Below are positions 43,774 to 46,768 of a stretch of 46,768 bases of DNA, piece after piece. How positions within the stretch are numbered: the first letter of the stretch is position 1; each line of letters opens with the position of its first letter. Under the pieces are notes generated by a model. It worked only from the letters and a program-made list of their open reading frames with translations. It searched no databases and was not told the origin of the DNA. A program made the translations under genes and the position numbers. The stretch is from Patescibacteria group bacterium (GTDB taxonomy: Bacteria; Patescibacteriota; Minisyncoccia; UBA6257; 2-01-FULL-56-20), in the NCBI GenBank assembly GCA_038058095.1, contig JBBUBW010000044.1:1-46768 (forward strand), written 5' to 3'.

Positions 43774-45360
43774 CTATTGCGAATTCTGCGGACTCGGGCT
43801 TTCCGTCACAGCAAACCCGGCCGAAATATCCAAGCTCGTCCTGGAATAACTCTTATCTTTAGGTATTTCCGTCCAAGAGGCCTGATCAATTACACCCCCA
43901 GAGGCGCTATGTATAGTAATTGAGTTATTCGTATAGGCTAAAGTGCTAGATTTCGGCCATTGAACATCAGGAGCTACCGCTCCAGTATACCCCTCAATAT
44001 TCGCCAATAAAAAATATTTCCCCCGCTGAACAATTTTCCCATCTAACCACTTTACCGCAAAGAAATTAGATTCCACCCCATTAGAATTCTTTTTCTTTAT
44101 CGTCCACCCCGTTAAATCCACCGCCTCGCCTCCGGCGTTATAAATCTCGATAAACTCATAATCCGAAGAACTGCTCGACCCCGCCATCACCTCGCTTATT
44201 AAAATTTTCTGCTGGCTTTGATTTTGCGGAGGGGGCGGAGATTCTACCGGCGGAGTTGATATCGCCTGCGACGAGGTAGTCGAGCTCGTTTGAGTACTCG
44301 GCTGATTGGCCGTCCCCCCTCCGTTCGATTCAGAGTCGTCGCTCGAAGTCCCGCTAATTAAAACTAATTCCGAATTTTTTGCTTTAGGCGTCCCACCCAA
44401 AACCGAAGACGTGTGCCAATAAAAATCATTCAAATTTCTCTCCAACGTTTTCTTCTGATCATTTTCTCCGCCGAACCGTCCCCATCCGAAAGAAGCGTTC
44501 ACCTCGTCTACCAAATTGCAATTCGAATCAAAAAGTTTCAACCACTCTCCATTATTGGAAAGCGCTCCGGAATAAATTTTATTGGCGGAAATATTTGGCA
44601 CGGAGTTATCGTCCGTCCGCTCAAGCAATAAAAATTCCCCCGCCGACGAACCACTCGCGGAAATTTTTTCTCCATCTTCAAAAATAATTTTAATCTTCTC
44701 GCTCTGGTTTTTAATTTGCCAGCCCGCCAAACTAATTTCGCCAGAAGAATTATTTTTTATTTCCATCCACTCATCGTTCGAAGAATCTTTTCCTCCCATC
44801 CACGCAATCTCATTAAAAATAATCGCGCGGCTCAATCCGCCAACCGGCGAACCATCTGAAGAAAATGAACAATCTTTAAAAATATTTTCGGAACTTTTAT
44901 TGGCTGATGGCGTGTCCGTGCCTATCGAAACCGCCTTTTGGACCGCAGTTGGCTTTTTATTTTCACTCGCACCTAAATCTTTCTTTAATTCTGAAATTTT
45001 TCCACTCGCACCCGCCGCCGGCGCAACATTCTGCTGTCCAACTCTTCCCGAATCACTTTTCTTATTCAAATTTTGCGCCAAATCTCCAATTCCACCACTT
45101 AAATCACCGCCGCGAGCCAAATTATTTCCATTATTTGCCGTTAAATCCAGTTCGTAAATCGGTTTCGCGCTCTTGAAACCCAAAACATCCTCAAAAGTTT
45201 TATAAACTGCCGCCGAAAAATTTCCTAAAACGGAATTTTCGCCAGAAATTTTTCCGCCAAAAATCAAAACTGTCGCCAAAAAACCAGCCAAACCTAATCC
45301 AACAAAAAACTTCGGCTGTTTCCAAATTTTTTTCTTTTCGAAATTAAATTCCTCGTCCAT
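43774..45360 (-). CDS. Membrane-anchored protein with two lamin-tail domains (LTD)
   Basis: TM FFVGLGLAGFLATVLIF. LTD signatures are IIFNEIAWMG...DEWMEIKN...LAGWQI and ILISEVMAG...EFIEIYN...LTGWTI. The ATG at 45360 is preferred because TTGACA (45408-45413) lies upstream of it. Confidence 0.75.
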   Translation of the reverse strand: MDEEFNFEKKKIWKQPKFFVGLGLAGFLATVLIFGGKISGENSVLGNFSAAVYKTFEDVLGFKSAKPIYELDLTANNGNNLARGGDLSGGIGDLAQNLNKKSDSGRVGQQNVAPAAGASGKISELKKDLGASENKKPTAVQKAVSIGTDTPSANKSSENIFKDCSFSSDGSPVGGLSRAIIFNEIAWMGGKDSSNDEWMEIKNNSSGEISLAGWQIKNQSEKIKIIFEDGEKISASGSSAGEFLLLERTDDNSVPNISANKIYSGALSNNGEWLKLFDSNCNLVDEVNASFGWGRFGGENDQKKTLERNLNDFYWHTSSVLGGTPKAKNSELVLISGTSSDDSESNGGGTANQPSTQTSSTTSSQAISTPPVESPPPPQNQSQQKILISEVMAGSSSSSDYEFIEIYNAGGEAVDLTGWTIKKKNSNGVESNFFAVKWLDGKIVQRGKYFLLANIEGYTGAVAPDVQWPKSSTLAYTNNSITIHSASGGVIDQASWTEIPKDKSYSRTSLDISAGFAVTESPSPQNSQ

Positions 45361-45647
45361 TGGAGAAAAATTAAAAAAATTCCGATTCACCTCCCCTCTC
45401 AAAAACCTGTCAAGGGGAAAACCGGAACCTCGCTTGCCAAAAAGGTCCCCTTATCTCACGCCTTGGCTCGAGCCGAATGAGGTTTTTCATAGGTCCGGCT
45501 CGTCGCGAAAAAAATCTCATACCTATCATAATGATTAATCGAAAAACTATCAAATTGGCCGACTTATCCACAAGACTTTTAAAAAAATCTGGTGGTAAAC
45601 TTACCCGTGGAAAACAAAAACTCGTCGTAGAATAAAAAAATAAATTC

Positions 45648-45677
45648 TCCGCCAAAGGCGGATCCTCCTTTGGAGGA
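45648..45677 (+). promoter_or_regulatory. Two adjacent small hairpins in the nrdJ leader; the second pairs the SD (GGAGGA) with TCCTCC
   Basis: TCCGCC-aaa-GGCGGA, then TCCTCC-ttt-GGAGGA, 13 nt before the ATG at 45691. Confidence 0.4.
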
Positions 45678-45690
45678 CAAAACAAAAAAA

Positions 45691-46768
45691 ATGACCCCCA
45701 GGCGTAACCACTTCAAAGAAGTTCGAAAAAGAGACGGTCGTATTGTGTCCTTCGAGCAAGATCGCATCACTCAAGCCATCACTAAAGCGATGCTCGCCGC
45801 ACAAGAAGGCAACCCCGAAGTTGACGCCGAACGTGTTTCCAATCAAGTGGTTAACGCCTTAGCTCATAAATTCGATTCCACTCGCATCCCAACCATCGAA
45901 CAGATCCAGGATACGGTTGAAACCCAGCTTATGGCCACCGGTTTCACTCAAACCGCCAAGTCCTACATCCTCTACCGCAATGAACGATCCAGAATTCGGG
46001 AAGAAAAAAGAGAAGTCCCCGAACATGTCCGCGAACTCTCTGCCCAAAGCAAAAAATATTTCCGCAACCCCTTAGGCGAATTTATTTTCTACCGCACCTA
46101 CTCGCGGTGGATCGAAGAAGAGAGTCGTCGCGAAACCTGGATTGAAACAGTTGATCGTTACGTCGGTTTTATGAAGGAAAATCTGGGAGATAAATTAAGC
46201 GACGCCGAATATAGCGAAGTTCGCGAAGGTATTTTAAATCAAGAAGCGATGCCATCGATGCGCCTTCTCCAATTCGCCGGCCGCGCCACCCGCTCCACTA
46301 ACGTCTGCGCCTACAATTGCTCATTTATCGCGCCCTCTCGCATTCAAGACTTCGCCGAAATTATATACATCTCTATGTGCGGCACCGGCGTCGGCTTCTC
46401 GGTTGAAAATCAAAACGTCCAACAACTTCCCCAAATCAAAAAACAAACTGGTGAAAAACTTCCAATCCACGTAATCGATGACTCTAAAGAAGGCTGGGCC
46501 GACGCTTTAGCTCTTGGCCTTAAAACTTGGTTCGACGGCAAAGATATCGAATTTGATTATTCAGCTCTTCGCCCCGCTGGCGCGAGATTAAAAACTATGG
46601 GTGGTAAAAGCTCCGGCCCCGACCCGCTCCATTCCCTCTTAAATTTCACCCGAGCTAAAATTTTAAAGAGGCAAGGCCGCCGCCTCTCCAACCTCGATGT
46701 TCATGATGTCATCTGCAAAATTGGCGAGATCGTGGTCGCCGGCGGCGTACGTCGCTCAGCCCTCATTT
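45691..46768 (+). CDS. nrdJ: Class II (adenosylcobalamin-dependent) ribonucleotide reductase, N-terminal part with ATP-cone; runs off the window
   Basis: My own translation, since this ORF is not in the supplied track: MTPRRNHFKEVRKRDGRIVSFEQDRITQAI (ATP-cone) ...RTYSRW..ETWIETVDRYV...MPSMRLLQFAG...CAYNCSF... Confidence 0.8.
   Translation, partial: MTPRRNHFKEVRKRDGRIVSFEQDRITQAITKAMLAAQEGNPEVDAERVSNQVVNALAHKFDSTRIPTIEQIQDTVETQLMATGFTQTAKSYILYRNERSRIREEKREVPEHVRELSAQSKKYFRNPLGEFIFYRTYSRWIEEESRRETWIETVDRYVGFMKENLGDKLSDAEYSEVREGILNQEAMPSMRLLQFAGRATRSTNVCAYNCSFIAPSRIQDFAEIIYISMCGTGVGFSVENQNVQQLPQIKKQTGEKLPIHVIDDSKEGWADALALGLKTWFDGKDIEFDYSALRPAGARLKTMGGKSSGPDPLHSLLNFTRAKILKRQGRRLSNLDVHDVICKIGEIVVAGGVRRSALI

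Noticed and set aside
45403-45647. Cobalamin riboswitch or NrdR box upstream of nrdJ
   Set aside because: I could not find the B12-box or conserved core, nor an NrdR-box palindrome, by eye. This needs a covariance-model scan.
45410-46047. Small minus-strand ORFs (45410-45685, 45579-45770, 45601-45846, 45859-46047)
   Set aside because: They overlap each other, the nrdJ leader and the nrdJ coding region. nrdJ on the plus strand has clear ATP-cone and RNR motifs.
1-46768. Reverse transcriptase gene for the DGR
   Set aside because: No ORF in the six-frame track has RT-like motifs (YxDD in a 300-400-aa ORF), and every ORF above 150 aa is otherwise accounted for. Absence is limited to this window.

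Overview
The window looks like a small, AT-rich, gene-dense bacterial genome of the CPR/Patescibacteria (Parcubacteria-like) type. That placement is inferred from gene content: split transketolase, lamin-tail-domain proteins, DUF192, insert-laden housekeeping enzymes and many genes without an SD. Most genes are on the minus strand. Contents are three tRNAs; housekeeping genes (NUDIX, HtrA, glmS, a 1211-aa leuS, maf, tatD, HAD, metG, M16 peptidase, transglycosylase, rplY, PfkB kinase, CapA); a rpiB-rpe-transketolase operon; gap; trmH; and a partial class II ribonucleotide reductase. At 21.5-35 kb there is a cluster of four large secreted SH3b/PKD/dockerin-like proteins. The strongest finding is a diversity-generating-retroelement (DGR) signature at 41.0-41.7 kb. 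A ~128-nt repeat pair shows 18 mismatches, and all 18 fall on adenines of the non-coding copy (TR) relative to the 3' end of a 644-aa ORF (VR). No reverse transcriptase or avd gene is present anywhere in the window, and the TR is bracketed by terminators. Other notable points: intact serine-hydrolase and Nudix domains inserted into LeuRS; G7-G8 tracts next to the -10 box of four promoters, three of them for surface-protein genes; in-frame simple-repeat or palindromic inserts in conserved genes; a 181-nt long-hairpin ncRNA/MITE candidate; REP-like intergenic elements; and a chimeric trmH/DUF192 junction fragment marking an insertion.
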